A stretch of 64,000 nt of DNA from Chthonomonas calidirosea (GTDB taxonomy: Bacteria > Armatimonadota > Fimbriimonadia > Fimbriimonadales > Fimbriimonadaceae), in contig CAMAPH010000001.1 of assembly GCA_945859975.1 (NCBI GenBank), forward strand, positions 64,001 to 128,000, in the 5' to 3' direction. Positions within the stretch are counted from its first letter, which is position 1. Every line of letters begins with the position of its first letter. Below are positions 28,571-38,276 of this stretch, piece by piece. Under the pieces are notes generated by a model that was given only the letters and a program-made list of their open reading frames with translations, did not search any database and was not told the DNA's origin. Made by a program: the position numbers and the translations under genes.

Positions 28571-28636
28571 CTCAGTTGGTAGAGCATCTGCTTTGCAAGC
28601 AGAGGGTCAGGGGTTCGAATCCCCTTGCCTCCACCA
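28561..28636 (+). tRNA. tRNA-Ala(TGC)
   Basis: 76-nt cloverleaf, G3:U70 pair, anticodon TGC, GGTTCGAATCC T-arm, encoded CCA. Confidence 0.97.
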
Positions 28637-28665
28637 CTTCTCTTTCGGTCCGTTCTGGACCTTCC

Positions 28666-28687
28666 GCGGCCCCTTTCGGGGCGCTTT
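28666..28687 (+). terminator. Possible terminator hairpin after tRNA-Ala
   Basis: GCGGCCCC-TTTC-GGGGCGC followed by TTT; short U-tract. Confidence 0.4.
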
Positions 28688-28724
28688 GAGTGGCCTTGAA
28701 TGGCTTTGCGTTGCCTTGCGTGGC
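28681..28724. repeat. Degenerate 10-bp tandem repeat (consensus ~TGGCYTTGMG)
   Basis: gcgctttgag / tggccttgaa / tggctttgcg / ttgccttgcg / tggc. Confidence 0.7.
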
Positions 28725-28733
28725 GGGGATGCG

Positions 28734-28871
28734 GGTTCGGATTCGTTCGGGTTTGTTCGGGGGTTCGGGTTTGTTTGAACCATTCATGTTCTCCTGAACT
28801 TCCCGTCAATTCCGATGGGCGTCTGGTTCGGATTCGTTCGGGTTTGTTCGGGGGTTCGGGTTTGTTTGAAC
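28734..28871. repeat. Perfect 47-bp direct repeat, two copies (28734-28780 and 28825-28871), 44-bp spacer
   Basis: GGTTCGGATTCGTTCGGGTTTGTTCGGGGGTTCGGGTTTGTTTGAAC is identical in both copies and is built from GTTCGG sub-repeats. Confidence 0.95.
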
Positions 28872-29265
28872 GCCACGCTAGCGATCATTAAGATCGTTTC
28901 CTATGAAACCATTCTGTTCCCTCGATTCCGTAGGCTGGTGGGCGGAAAATTTATTTATAAATGCTCCCGCCTTAGGGCCGAGTGTAAATTTTCATTTCTC
29001 GCGCGGTTCGTCTCTCCATCTATAACGGGCGACGGACGTGAAAAGTCAACCTACGAATTTGGGAATCTAAAGCTAGATTAGGCAGCACGCTCTCATCTTA
29101 GAAAGCAAGTGTTACCTATGTGTTCGGAATAAATTGCATCGGATGCCCAGGAAGGGATGATTTGACACGAATTGGTGGCCCGGGATGCGGGGCTTAACGA
29201 GAAGTGGAGTGGACTCTTCAATCGATCGGTCAATCCTGTTAGACTCGGGTTTTAGGGATCGCCTG

Positions 29266-31536
29266 ATGATAAGCCTTATGTTTGCTGTGGTCGCCAACTT
29301 GCCCAGTGCCGGGCAGTATGTCGCGCCGATTTTGGATGTGGTGAAGCCGGTTGTTGCGGATCGGCAGGTTTTTCAGGTGCCAGACCGAGTTCAGTTATCC
29401 GGTTGGCTGGGGTCTCGGATTGATGCGAATACCCAGAATCGGCTCGAGAAAATTGATATCGACCGACTTTTGGAGGGATACCGGAAAAGGCCGGGGCGGC
29501 AGAGTTGGGACGGCGAGCATATTGGGAAATGGCTTCATGCCGCGACCTTAGCTTGGGTGAATTCTGGAGACCCAAAGCTTCGTAAGAAACTCGACCTAGC
29601 CGTACTTGAGCTTGAAAAATGTCAGCTTTCGGATGGATATCTCGGAACCTATTTAGAGAAGGATCGGTGGACGGAGTGGGATGTTTGGGCCCACAAATAC
29701 AACCTGATTGGCCTCCTCACTTACGTTCGCTACACGGGAAATCGGAAGCCGCTTGTGACTTGCCGAAAAATGGCAGACCTCCTTTGCCGCGAGTTCGGTG
29801 ATCAACCCGGGCAGCGTGATCTCATCCAGGCAGGCGCCCATGTGGGCATGGCACCGACCAGCGTTTTGGAACCCATGACGCTTCTTTATCGCGCGACGGG
29901 CGAGAAGCGGTATTTGGACTTCTGCAAGTACATCATTCGTACGTGGGAGCAACCGAACGGTCCGCAGATCCTTTCGCGACTTTTGGACCGGAAGGGAGTC
30001 GACAAAGTTGGGAACGGCAAGGCTTACGAAATGCTCTCGTGCCTCACGGGCGTTTTAGAGTTGTATCGAACCACCGGGGATAAGTCGCTTTTGCAGGCAT
30101 GCATTAATGCATGGGGCGATGTGGTCCGCAATCGGCTTTACATCACGGGTGCGGCAAGTAGTTTTGAGCTATTTCGCGGCGACTTTGATTTGCCAAACAA
30201 CGGCAACGTTGGCGAAACCTGCGTTACGGTTACTTGGATTCAGCTTAATGCGCAATTACTTCGCCTCACCGGCGAGGCTCGATTTGCCGAGCAGTTAGAG
30301 CACGTTTCACTCAATCAGCTTCTAGGCGCGCAGCAACCGGATGGTCGCGGTTGGGGTTACTACGTTCAGATGGAGGGCCGGAAGCCTTATAGCTCCACCC
30401 TCGACGGCCATTGCTGCCTTTCGAGTGGGCCACGCGGCATTGCTTTGCTGCCGACCTTTGCAATTACCACGGACGCAGACGGGGCGGTTGTTAACCTGTT
30501 TAACCCCGGAACCGCGCATTTGAAGCTGGCCGATGGAAGTCCGATTGAGCTTGAGATTGTTACCAACTTCCCTGCTGATGGCCAGGTTCGAATACACGTC
30601 AAGAATCCTAAGCAACGAGTTTTCTCGGTCAAGCTGCGCCAGCCCACTTGGAGTTCCAAACTGCCGTCTAACCTCGGCTGGGAAAGTAGCCCTGATGGCT
30701 ATCGAGTTATCCGAAAAAGGTGGACGTCTGGCGAAGTCGTTACCGTCAATCTGTCGCTCAAGACTCGGATCGTGAAGGGCGACCATTTGAACTTGGGCAA
30801 AGCGGCGGTGATGTATGGTCCGCTTGTGCTGGCCGCGGATGAGTCTCTTCTTTCCGGAGGACGACTAGCGAATTTTGGCCTCTCCAATGGGGGAAATCCA
30901 CTTGCGGTGAAGCCCGTGGTGGCTCCCGCGTCTCGAAAAACTTGGAAGGGGGCGCAAGTGTTTCGGCTGAACCCAAGGAAGACGCTGGTTCCGTTCTCCG
31001 ATGTGGGGATCACGGGGGCAAGATACAAGGTCTGGATTCCCATGGAGGACTCGTTCAGCTACAACGTTTTGTTGGGAGGGCAAGAGAGCTTCTCAAGACA
31101 GGGCAACGTCGCTGAATCGATTGCGGACGACGATCCGGAAACGATGGCGGTGACCTTCAATAGCGCGCGGGCCGAGGAAGATTGGTTTGCGATTTCCCTT
31201 TCCAAGGAAGTCTCCGCGCAAAGAATTGTTTTTTGGCCAGGTCGAGTTTTTCATGACGGGGGCTGGTTCGACACGCGAACCGGAAAGCCCAAGGTTCAAA
31301 TTCAACGCACCGCAGATGGTCCATGGGAAACCATTGGCGAGCTAGACGACTATCCGGCGGCGACGGATCGAGAGGTGAGCGACCCGAGACTGACGGCCAA
31401 GTCGGTCGGCTTTACGCTGAGCTTGGCGGCTCCGCTGCGGTTCCGCGCCGTGCGGATTCTCGGCGTGCCGGCATCCGGCGATAATCCCGCCCAGAACTTT
31501 TCGTCTTGCGGAGAGCTGCAGGCCTTCGCGAAGTAG
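29266..31536 (+). CDS. GH127/GH146-family glycoside hydrolase (beta-L-arabinofuranosidase-like) with C-terminal discoidin-like domain
   Basis: GEHIGKWL, DGYLG, GETC..VTW and HCC.SSG cysteine motifs. Start at ATG 29266 gives a signal-like N-terminus (ORF track gives 29185). Confidence 0.85.
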   Translation: MISLMFAVVANLPSAGQYVAPILDVVKPVVADRQVFQVPDRVQLSGWLGSRIDANTQNRLEKIDIDRLLEGYRKRPGRQSWDGEHIGKWLHAATLAWVNSGDPKLRKKLDLAVLELEKCQLSDGYLGTYLEKDRWTEWDVWAHKYNLIGLLTYVRYTGNRKPLVTCRKMADLLCREFGDQPGQRDLIQAGAHVGMAPTSVLEPMTLLYRATGEKRYLDFCKYIIRTWEQPNGPQILSRLLDRKGVDKVGNGKAYEMLSCLTGVLELYRTTGDKSLLQACINAWGDVVRNRLYITGAASSFELFRGDFDLPNNGNVGETCVTVTWIQLNAQLLRLTGEARFAEQLEHVSLNQLLGAQQPDGRGWGYYVQMEGRKPYSSTLDGHCCLSSGPRGIALLPTFAITTDADGAVVNLFNPGTAHLKLADGSPIELEIVTNFPADGQVRIHVKNPKQRVFSVKLRQPTWSSKLPSNLGWESSPDGYRVIRKRWTSGEVVTVNLSLKTRIVKGDHLNLGKAAVMYGPLVLAADESLLSGGRLANFGLSNGGNPLAVKPVVAPASRKTWKGAQVFRLNPRKTLVPFSDVGITGARYKVWIPMEDSFSYNVLLGGQESFSRQGNVAESIADDDPETMAVTFNSARAEEDWFAISLSKEVSAQRIVFWPGRVFHDGGWFDTRTGKPKVQIQRTADGPWETIGELDDYPAATDREVSDPRLTAKSVGFTLSLAAPLRFRAVRILGVPASGDNPAQNFSSCGELQAFAK

Positions 31537-31738
31537 AGTGCGGATCCCGAGAGTGCTGTCACTTCCTAGAGCGGATGTAAATGATCGGCTTGCGCACGAC
31601 CAGCTTGACAGGATTTGCGAGCGAAAGACACGAAATGGCAACCTGTGTTTTGCGCGGCTCCTGCGAAAAATCGCCTTTGGTGATTGAGAAAGGCGGGTTC
31701 AGGAACTGGATCGCGCGATAAGTTCGTAACATTGCGCT

Positions 31739-33478
31739 GTGCTTGTCAGTTTCATTGCTTCTCTTAGCTTGGTAATTCCAACTGCTGGCACCGGGCCTTT
31801 GGTGGATGGACCTTCCTCGGCGGTATGGTCGAAGGCTCTTGCAGCGGGTGATATTCCGGGGCTAAGCGTAGCCAAGGTTGAGGCGGGTTCGGTGAAGTGG
31901 AGCAATGCGCTTGGCCGTCGGGATGCGACCGACCGATCGGCGAATGCACAGAAGGTGAATTCTGAAACCGTGTTTGAAGCGGCATCGCTGGGTAAGCCGA
32001 TCGTGGCGATTGCGATTCTCTCACTCGTGGATCGCGGGGAGCTTAGCTTGGATGAGAAGGCTCATTCGATTGTGGAGCTGAAAGGGCTCATCGACTCACG
32101 CCGGACGGACATTACGCTTCGCATGCTGCTGAGTCATTCAAGCGGGCTATCGTTTAACCAGCCTCGGTTGGAGTCTAAACCGGGCACTCGATTTTCATAT
32201 TCGACCCTCGGATTCCGCTATTTGCAACAGATTGCGGAGAAGAAACTTGGCACGTCGCTGGAAGATTGGGCGCAACGCACGCTTTTCCAACCGTTGCAGA
32301 TGAACCGCTCGAGTTTTGTTTACGCCGAAAAGTTCGCGGGCAACCGCGCGAGTGGAGTGAACTGGCTGTTGCGCCCCCAGAGTCAGATGACGAGTGCGGC
32401 AGGCACCGGCGCTTTCGATCTGATCACTTGCGCAACGGACTATTCCCGGCTTTGGGCGGCGGTTTTGGATGGCAAAGTGCTCAAGGAAAGCTCGCTTCGC
32501 CAAATGTTCACGCCGCAAACTGGCATCACGGGCGAGTTCTTTGACTCCGCCGTTCCGAAAAAGAGCCGGGCCGAACTGGCGGCTGGTCTCGGCATTCTTC
32601 TTCAGCGACAGGGGAACAAGTGGATCGGATTCCAATGGGGCGATAACGGTGGGTCGAGCTCGCTGTTGCTAGCAAACCGGGAGAAGCGCGACGCATTGGT
32701 GTACTTAACCAACGCGCAAGACGGCTTGCATTCAGCCGAAGCGTTGGCTCGGATTGGCGGGATGAAGGACGTTGGCGCGAGTTGGGTTGGCTACGAGCAG
32801 ATTTCCACGACCTATCGAAGAGCGTGGAAGCGGATTACGCTTGCGCTTGATCGAGAGCCGAAGTCGGGCGTTGAGGAGTTTCGGAAACTGACGGCTCAGG
32901 ATGAGACGACAGCCAAGCAGGTGGCTCGGAATTTAGGTTATTTCAACGTGTTTCGGGGACAATCGGTTTTTGCCGAGCCATTCTTCCGAGTTGCTAGCAC
33001 TACTGATTTGGCCGACGGCTCACTTCTGCTGGAGTGGTCCAAGAGCTTGGTGCTGGCTGGCAAGGTGCGGGAGGCAGCCGAGGTTCAGGCACAAGCGTTT
33101 AAGAAGGATGCATCCATTCGTGGCGTTCCAAGCCTTGCAGAATGGGTGAAGCTCGCGGAGGCGGATTTGAAAGAAGAGGTTCCGATGTCCACAACGGCAG
33201 TGATGCGAGGTGGAAAGTTTGGTAACTACCGGATCGAGCTTGAACCTACCGGTCAGCCGGTCCTTGTTGCTCCATCCGGCCGCCGCCCTTTGGCGCTCCT
33301 GGGTTCGGGTGAGTTCTTGAGCCGAGACTTGGCTTACCGGGTGAAGTTTGAGCGGGAGAAGGTGTTGGTTACCCTGGCTGGGCAGGCAACGGAGACGTTG
33401 CAACCGGGTGGGGGCGGAAAAGAGAGGCAAAACGGTGAAGACTCCTCGCAAAATGGTCCCGAGTCCTACTCACTTTAA
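31739..33478 (+). CDS. Serine hydrolase, beta-lactamase/PBP-like family, with C-terminal TPR-like region
   Basis: FEAASLGK (SxxK), LLSHSSG, PGTRFSYS, QWGDNGG motifs; signal peptide. Confidence 0.85.
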   Translation: MLVSFIASLSLVIPTAGTGPLVDGPSSAVWSKALAAGDIPGLSVAKVEAGSVKWSNALGRRDATDRSANAQKVNSETVFEAASLGKPIVAIAILSLVDRGELSLDEKAHSIVELKGLIDSRRTDITLRMLLSHSSGLSFNQPRLESKPGTRFSYSTLGFRYLQQIAEKKLGTSLEDWAQRTLFQPLQMNRSSFVYAEKFAGNRASGVNWLLRPQSQMTSAAGTGAFDLITCATDYSRLWAAVLDGKVLKESSLRQMFTPQTGITGEFFDSAVPKKSRAELAAGLGILLQRQGNKWIGFQWGDNGGSSSLLLANREKRDALVYLTNAQDGLHSAEALARIGGMKDVGASWVGYEQISTTYRRAWKRITLALDREPKSGVEEFRKLTAQDETTAKQVARNLGYFNVFRGQSVFAEPFFRVASTTDLADGSLLLEWSKSLVLAGKVREAAEVQAQAFKKDASIRGVPSLAEWVKLAEADLKEEVPMSTTAVMRGGKFGNYRIELEPTGQPVLVAPSGRRPLALLGSGEFLSRDLAYRVKFEREKVLVTLAGQATETLQPGGGGKERQNGEDSSQNGPESYSL

Positions 33479-33729
33479 GGAACTTAATCTTTTCGTCTTG
33501 CTGGCAGGCCGTTCCTTTGCAGACGGTGCGCCCACGTCGGACTGTTACTCCACGGCAGACAGGTTATGAATGTCCAACTAAAGGAAGACACCTATGCTGG
33601 CTAACCCTGCTTCCGTTCATTTGTTGGCCGTTTTCGCTTTTCCTAGCACTCAACGCTCCTTCTGAGCGACCCACGCTCTTGGCTAGGTTATTGCGCGGCA
33701 GGCCCAAAGGTGGGCCCGCCTTGGCGTTA

Positions 33730-35670
33730 CTACTGAACGGCCGATTCGGTTGACTTCTTTGTCGCTTTCGGAGTTAGAACCAGGGTGATGACGCTTCTGG
33801 AAGGGACTTCTACCGAGGCTAAGGAAGGGATGCGGAGAGGGGCGATGTTGTGGCCTGGTCGGTCGGAGGTGATCCACGCTTTGGCGTTGTGCTTCCCTTC
33901 TACCGATACTTGCACTCGGTCCGACTGGGTTGCCGGGTTCACAAGGATGACGACTAACTCGGAAGTCTGCGGATTCTTGTAAGCGCTGACGAGCGTTGCG
34001 GTGACATCCGAGAACGGTCCATTGATACTGATTCGCTGATAGCCTGGGCGAACGAAACGAGCAAACTGTCCCATTACCCACAACGATTTTGATGCATAGA
34101 CTGAACCGTTGGGTTGGTACAGATCATCGACATAGACAAGGCCATCCTTAAAGTCGGCATCACTAACGGCTAGCCACCATTGCCAGGCAGACGCACCGAC
34201 TTCGGTGATGTCTAGCTGCATGAGCCGAGCCATGTTGAGGGCGGTAGACATGCCGAGGTCGCGACCACGGCCGCCTTCTCCGTGTGGTCCTTGCAGGTGA
34301 CAAAACTCAGTCATCCAGACTTCTAGCGGGCCAGCCTTCTTGAGCTCGATTCCGAGCTTTGTTCGCACCGACTTCATATTCTCCAGTTTTTCAACGAAAT
34401 AGGAGTGGTAGCCATAGATAGGCGCAACTTCCTTTCGCCACTGCTTTTGATCGGCAAAGAGGGACGAATAGTCACCATATTCGGCCCCGTACTTTTTGCT
34501 GATTGTCGGGTTCCTGTCGTATCCGATATAGGGGCTGGTTGCTTCTGGAGTCACAACTTTAACTCCTAGGCCCTTGCTCTTTGCTTCGTTCGCCAGCGCG
34601 GTTGTGATCTTAACGAGGTCATCGTTGCTTGCACGGCAGCCTTCTTGGGTGGTCGGGTTTGGGGCGCCGTTCCATTCGTAGTCTGGTTCGTTTATCGGAC
34701 TGATGAACTTGAAAGGATAGCCTTGATCGACAAAGTGCTTAACGGCCCCAACAAGGTATTTTGCGAAGGCGCCTTCGGCACCTTCCTTTAAGTTCGTTGT
34801 GCCTAGGCCATCCGTGCAGTTGGTTAGCCCGTTCTTCGTCAGTCGCGTTGGGGGGCTGACGGCGTAGGCTAACATGCTCTCAACGCCGTAGTCTTTGGCC
34901 GCTTTCAGCATCCACCTTTGTCCGGGGACCTTTGTAAAGTCGAACTTGCCATCACCAGCGTCGTAGGTGTCGGCTTGGCGAAGGGCCATGGTGATGGACA
35001 CATCGTTTAGCCCGCCGCCGAGGTTATGCCTCCAACCCGTGAGACCTGCGCCAGTCTTCTTATCAAACAGTAAGCGCGCCACTTCTTTCCGCTTGTCTTC
35101 TGACCAGTGGATTAATGGTTCAACGGTCCATGAGTCTGAGGCACCAAAGTTACTCATGGTTTGGTGGGTTTCTCTCGGAAGCAGGGTGAGCGGCTTTTTG
35201 TATCGTGTGGGTTCTGGCTTGTTTCCTTTATAGGTGAATGAAGTATCGAGCCAGTTGCCGTGATCTTCGGCATCGCCGATTCCGCCATCGGAGGTGACCA
35301 ACGTCAGTTGTTTGACTCCGGTGAGATCTACATCAAACTTTACGGGGTCTGAACCGCCCCGTACGAGTCCGCTCGTCCAGAGCTGCTTCGAATCTCCCCA
35401 AACTGAAAATTCGACGGAACCATTTCGACCAGTATCGTTGATTGCCACCATGCCTTGGATGGACAGCACTTGTCCATCTAGAGCAAAACTTGCTCCGCCA
35501 TGGGCATGAGTTCCAATACCGTTGGCATAGGACACCCCTTTCACGAGTAGAGGTCCTCTTCCGACTGCTCGATTCAACTGGGTTTTATCGAATCCAGATT
35601 GCCAATGTTCTACACCAATATCTGTAAGGAGAAGGATCTTCATGGTCGCTAATGCAAGGAGAGTGGTCAT
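33730..35670 (-). CDS. GH30 glycoside hydrolase with N-terminal NPCBM/NEW2 module
   Basis: GIGTHA..DHGNW (NPCBM), NFGASD.W, INEPD acid/base, WMTEF nucleophile, FARFVRPG. Confidence 0.85.
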   Translation of the reverse strand: MTTLLALATMKILLLTDIGVEHWQSGFDKTQLNRAVGRGPLLVKGVSYANGIGTHAHGGASFALDGQVLSIQGMVAINDTGRNGSVEFSVWGDSKQLWTSGLVRGGSDPVKFDVDLTGVKQLTLVTSDGGIGDAEDHGNWLDTSFTYKGNKPEPTRYKKPLTLLPRETHQTMSNFGASDSWTVEPLIHWSEDKRKEVARLLFDKKTGAGLTGWRHNLGGGLNDVSITMALRQADTYDAGDGKFDFTKVPGQRWMLKAAKDYGVESMLAYAVSPPTRLTKNGLTNCTDGLGTTNLKEGAEGAFAKYLVGAVKHFVDQGYPFKFISPINEPDYEWNGAPNPTTQEGCRASNDDLVKITTALANEAKSKGLGVKVVTPEATSPYIGYDRNPTISKKYGAEYGDYSSLFADQKQWRKEVAPIYGYHSYFVEKLENMKSVRTKLGIELKKAGPLEVWMTEFCHLQGPHGEGGRGRDLGMSTALNMARLMQLDITEVGASAWQWWLAVSDADFKDGLVYVDDLYQPNGSVYASKSLWVMGQFARFVRPGYQRISINGPFSDVTATLVSAYKNPQTSELVVILVNPATQSDRVQVSVEGKHNAKAWITSDRPGHNIAPLRIPSLASVEVPSRSVITLVLTPKATKKSTESAVQ

Positions 35671-38276
35671 GGATTGTGTCGGAAGAGAAGGTCAAACTGG
35701 CCCAACTCGACCGTTTGCTGCGGGCTGAAACTAGACGAATTGAGGTAGCTCCTTATTGAGCGCTCGAGTTGTCGCGCTACGACGCGATCTGGGGTTTCAA
35801 AATCGATACATGTTACGAGAACAGAAGCCGAGCCGATCTTTGCTTCGAAGATGGAGCCCAACTTATAGTTACGCTCATAGCGATCGATTACCTGAAGTAC
35901 CGGCGAGAACTCTGCCGGGAAGGAGCTAAGATTGAGCGACTGCGACTTCATGAGGATCTCCCACCAGTGCCAATCGGAATGGTTCTCGATTGGGAACTCG
36001 GCAAAGGCGGGATGCTCTGACTGAATGAGGGTGCCTAGCGTGCCAATTTGCTCGACAAAATGAATTGGCGACCAAAAGGCGGGGGCGAAGCGTCCCGCGA
36101 TTCCCATATGGCTCTTACTTGGGTTAAGGCGTAACCAGACTCTCTCGCCATTCAGAATTGCCTGTCGAGCATCGGCGCGATACCAGTGGAATACCTTTGT
36201 GGTAGTTACTTCTGGAAGTTCGGGTTCGGGTTCAAAGTTCCAGATGGTCCAGACGTTCTCATGCTGGCCAACGGCAACTCTTACCTCATAGCGCGCCGGT
36301 GCGGGTAAATCGGTGAGCGCAATTTCTAGCGTGCCGACCTCGTTTTCGTTGAAGGCCTTAATGTCAAACCGACCGAAGGAACCGGAGCGCAAGCACTGAT
36401 TGTTCTCATTGGATAGCGACCACGTCGCTTCTTCATTGATGCTTGGTCCACTGTGTGCAATTCTCACGGTCCCATTTAGCACCTCGTCCCTCTTCCAAAC
36501 AAACTTCGGGAGACTGAGCAACGGAACCGTTGGGGATACGAAGCGCCGGAATTCCTCCCCCGAGACAAAGCCTTTGGGTTCCCAAAAGGCGTTTAGCATT
36601 CCGATTGTGGCCGTACCTTGACCCGGGAAATCGGATAAACCAAGCAGTTGGTATCCGGCAAGGTTGGATGTGCGCATTAGCGTCTCGATTTCTTCTTTGT
36701 AGAGCTTAGCGCTAAGATGGCCAGAGGCGTTGGTGAAGTCGGCGGCTTGATCAATCATGCCTCGCTCCTTCAGTTGCTCGGCGATCTTCTTGAAATTCCG
36801 TGGTTCCAGAACACCGTCGTACTTTGGTATCTCAGCAAGATCAGGGAAAACGGCCCATTCGCCAACTTCATGCGCAATAACCGGCCGATCAAACTGATTT
36901 GCTGCCTTATCACAATTGAGGATGGAACTTGGCGCTTCGCGGTCGAACCTTGAACCAACGCCGAACCAGGTACTGCCGCGTAGTGGCTCATTCTCGGCGC
37001 CAGGCTTACCGTTGTCGGCTTGCACATAGTAATCGCAAGCCGGGCTCAGATGCGTTCCGTGGCTCGAGAAGTTGAAGAGAATATGCGGATATTTCGCCTT
37101 TAGAGAATTTAATAGTTCATCTACCGGAGGCTCTTCGCCATAGAATGACATCTCATTCCCAAGGCAGAACAGGACGAACGAGGGATGGTGGGAATAGGCT
37201 TCCAAGATTCGGAAGGCTTCTTCTCGGATGAAGCGCATCAGCTCGGGATCGGAGCTAAGCGCCCAGTGACCGGTCCACAGTGGGCATTCGACTTGAAGCA
37301 GGACTCCTACTTCATCTGCAGCCAGGAAGGCGGCTTCTGGCGGGCACCAAGAATGGAACCGAACGTGGTTGAGACCGAACTCTTTCACTCTCTTAAAGAT
37401 TCCGGCCCATGACTCGGTATCCATCGGAGGATAGCCAGTCTTAGGGAATATGCAGCATTCAAGCGTCCCGCGGAGGAAGACGAATTGGTCATTCAACTTG
37501 AAGAATCGGCCCTCGGCGACGAAGGTCCTCTGTCCCAAGGAAAGTGAACAGGATTCGGTTCCGTTATTCAGTCGAAGGTGAGTTAGAGACGGGTTTTCGT
37601 CGCTCCATTCGGGCAAATTGTTTAGCGGAATGTCGATCTGAAATTCACCACTATCGGTCGACTTTGAGTACAGCGTTTCGCCACCGGACAACGCAATGTG
37701 AACCTCCCCAGTTGCCTTGCCACGAATGGAGAAATCGCTTTGGGTCCGGCTGACACTCTTTAGTTTGATTCGGTTATCAATCGACTTTATGCTCATTTCG
37801 CCGATGATGCCGTTCCAATTTGTTTGGGTCCAGTCTGTGAGTGCGTGTCCAATTCGACCGATAGGAATGATTGGCGTGTTGTCAATCCTGATCGTGAGTT
37901 CTACTTGCTCACTTTCGGTAATTTCAAACTCATAGTGGTGCGCGACACTCAGGCTCTCTCTGCGTCCCATGTGCACACCATTGACCCAAAGATCGGAGAA
38001 CCAGTGGCACCGTTCTAACACTAACTCAACAGTTTGGTTACGAATCTCGGCGGGAACTGCTACGGTTTTGGTAAACCAGGCTGGGCCAACATAGGAGACC
38101 TTTCGAGAGAGTCCTCCTAGATACCCTTGTTCGAGATTGACTTCGCCAATTCCGCTCTCATCTAATGAGCCAGGCAACATGGCCGATCGAGTTGGAACAT
38201 TCTTGATTTGACTTTCGCTGAACTCCCCTTTGGGATCAAGTACAACTTGCCAGCTACCGGCGAGTGATATCTGCAC
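35667..38276 (-). CDS. GH2-family glycoside hydrolase
   Basis: SLAGSW, LERCHW, FLRGTLEC.IFP.TGYPP, GLNHVRFHSWCPP, LGNE, AHEVG motifs. Confidence 0.85.
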   Translation of the reverse strand: MQISLAGSWQVVLDPKGEFSESQIKNVPTRSAMLPGSLDESGIGEVNLEQGYLGGLSRKVSYVGPAWFTKTVAVPAEIRNQTVELVLERCHWFSDLWVNGVHMGRRESLSVAHHYEFEITESEQVELTIRIDNTPIIPIGRIGHALTDWTQTNWNGIIGEMSIKSIDNRIKLKSVSRTQSDFSIRGKATGEVHIALSGGETLYSKSTDSGEFQIDIPLNNLPEWSDENPSLTHLRLNNGTESCSLSLGQRTFVAEGRFFKLNDQFVFLRGTLECCIFPKTGYPPMDTESWAGIFKRVKEFGLNHVRFHSWCPPEAAFLAADEVGVLLQVECPLWTGHWALSSDPELMRFIREEAFRILEAYSHHPSFVLFCLGNEMSFYGEEPPVDELLNSLKAKYPHILFNFSSHGTHLSPACDYYVQADNGKPGAENEPLRGSTWFGVGSRFDREAPSSILNCDKAANQFDRPVIAHEVGEWAVFPDLAEIPKYDGVLEPRNFKKIAEQLKERGMIDQAADFTNASGHLSAKLYKEEIETLMRTSNLAGYQLLGLSDFPGQGTATIGMLNAFWEPKGFVSGEEFRRFVSPTVPLLSLPKFVWKRDEVLNGTVRIAHSGPSINEEATWSLSNENNQCLRSGSFGRFDIKAFNENEVGTLEIALTDLPAPARYEVRVAVGQHENVWTIWNFEPEPELPEVTTTKVFHWYRADARQAILNGERVWLRLNPSKSHMGIAGRFAPAFWSPIHFVEQIGTLGTLIQSEHPAFAEFPIENHSDWHWWEILMKSQSLNLSSFPAEFSPVLQVIDRYERNYKLGSIFEAKIGSASVLVTCIDFETPDRVVARQLERSIRSYLNSSSFSPQQTVELGQFDLLFRHNP

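Noticed and set aside
28734..28871. CRISPR mini-array (47-bp repeats ending in GAAC, 44-bp spacer)
   Set aside because: Only two repeats, the repeat is internally low-complexity and non-palindromic, and there are no cas genes in the window.
28940..29100. oriC or dif site in the AT-rich palindromic stretch
   Set aside because: No TTATCCACA cluster and no XerC/XerD arm consensus.
31739..33478. Bona fide beta-lactamase (resistance gene)
   Set aside because: SxxK is present, but the other motifs (YST, QWG) and the TPR-like extension fit the broad esterase/peptidase family; resistance cannot be claimed.
33590..33725. Integron attC-like site (CTAAC...GTTA with internal hairpins)
   Set aside because: R and L boxes do not pair properly, there is no intI, and there is no cassette array; more likely terminator hairpins between convergent genes.
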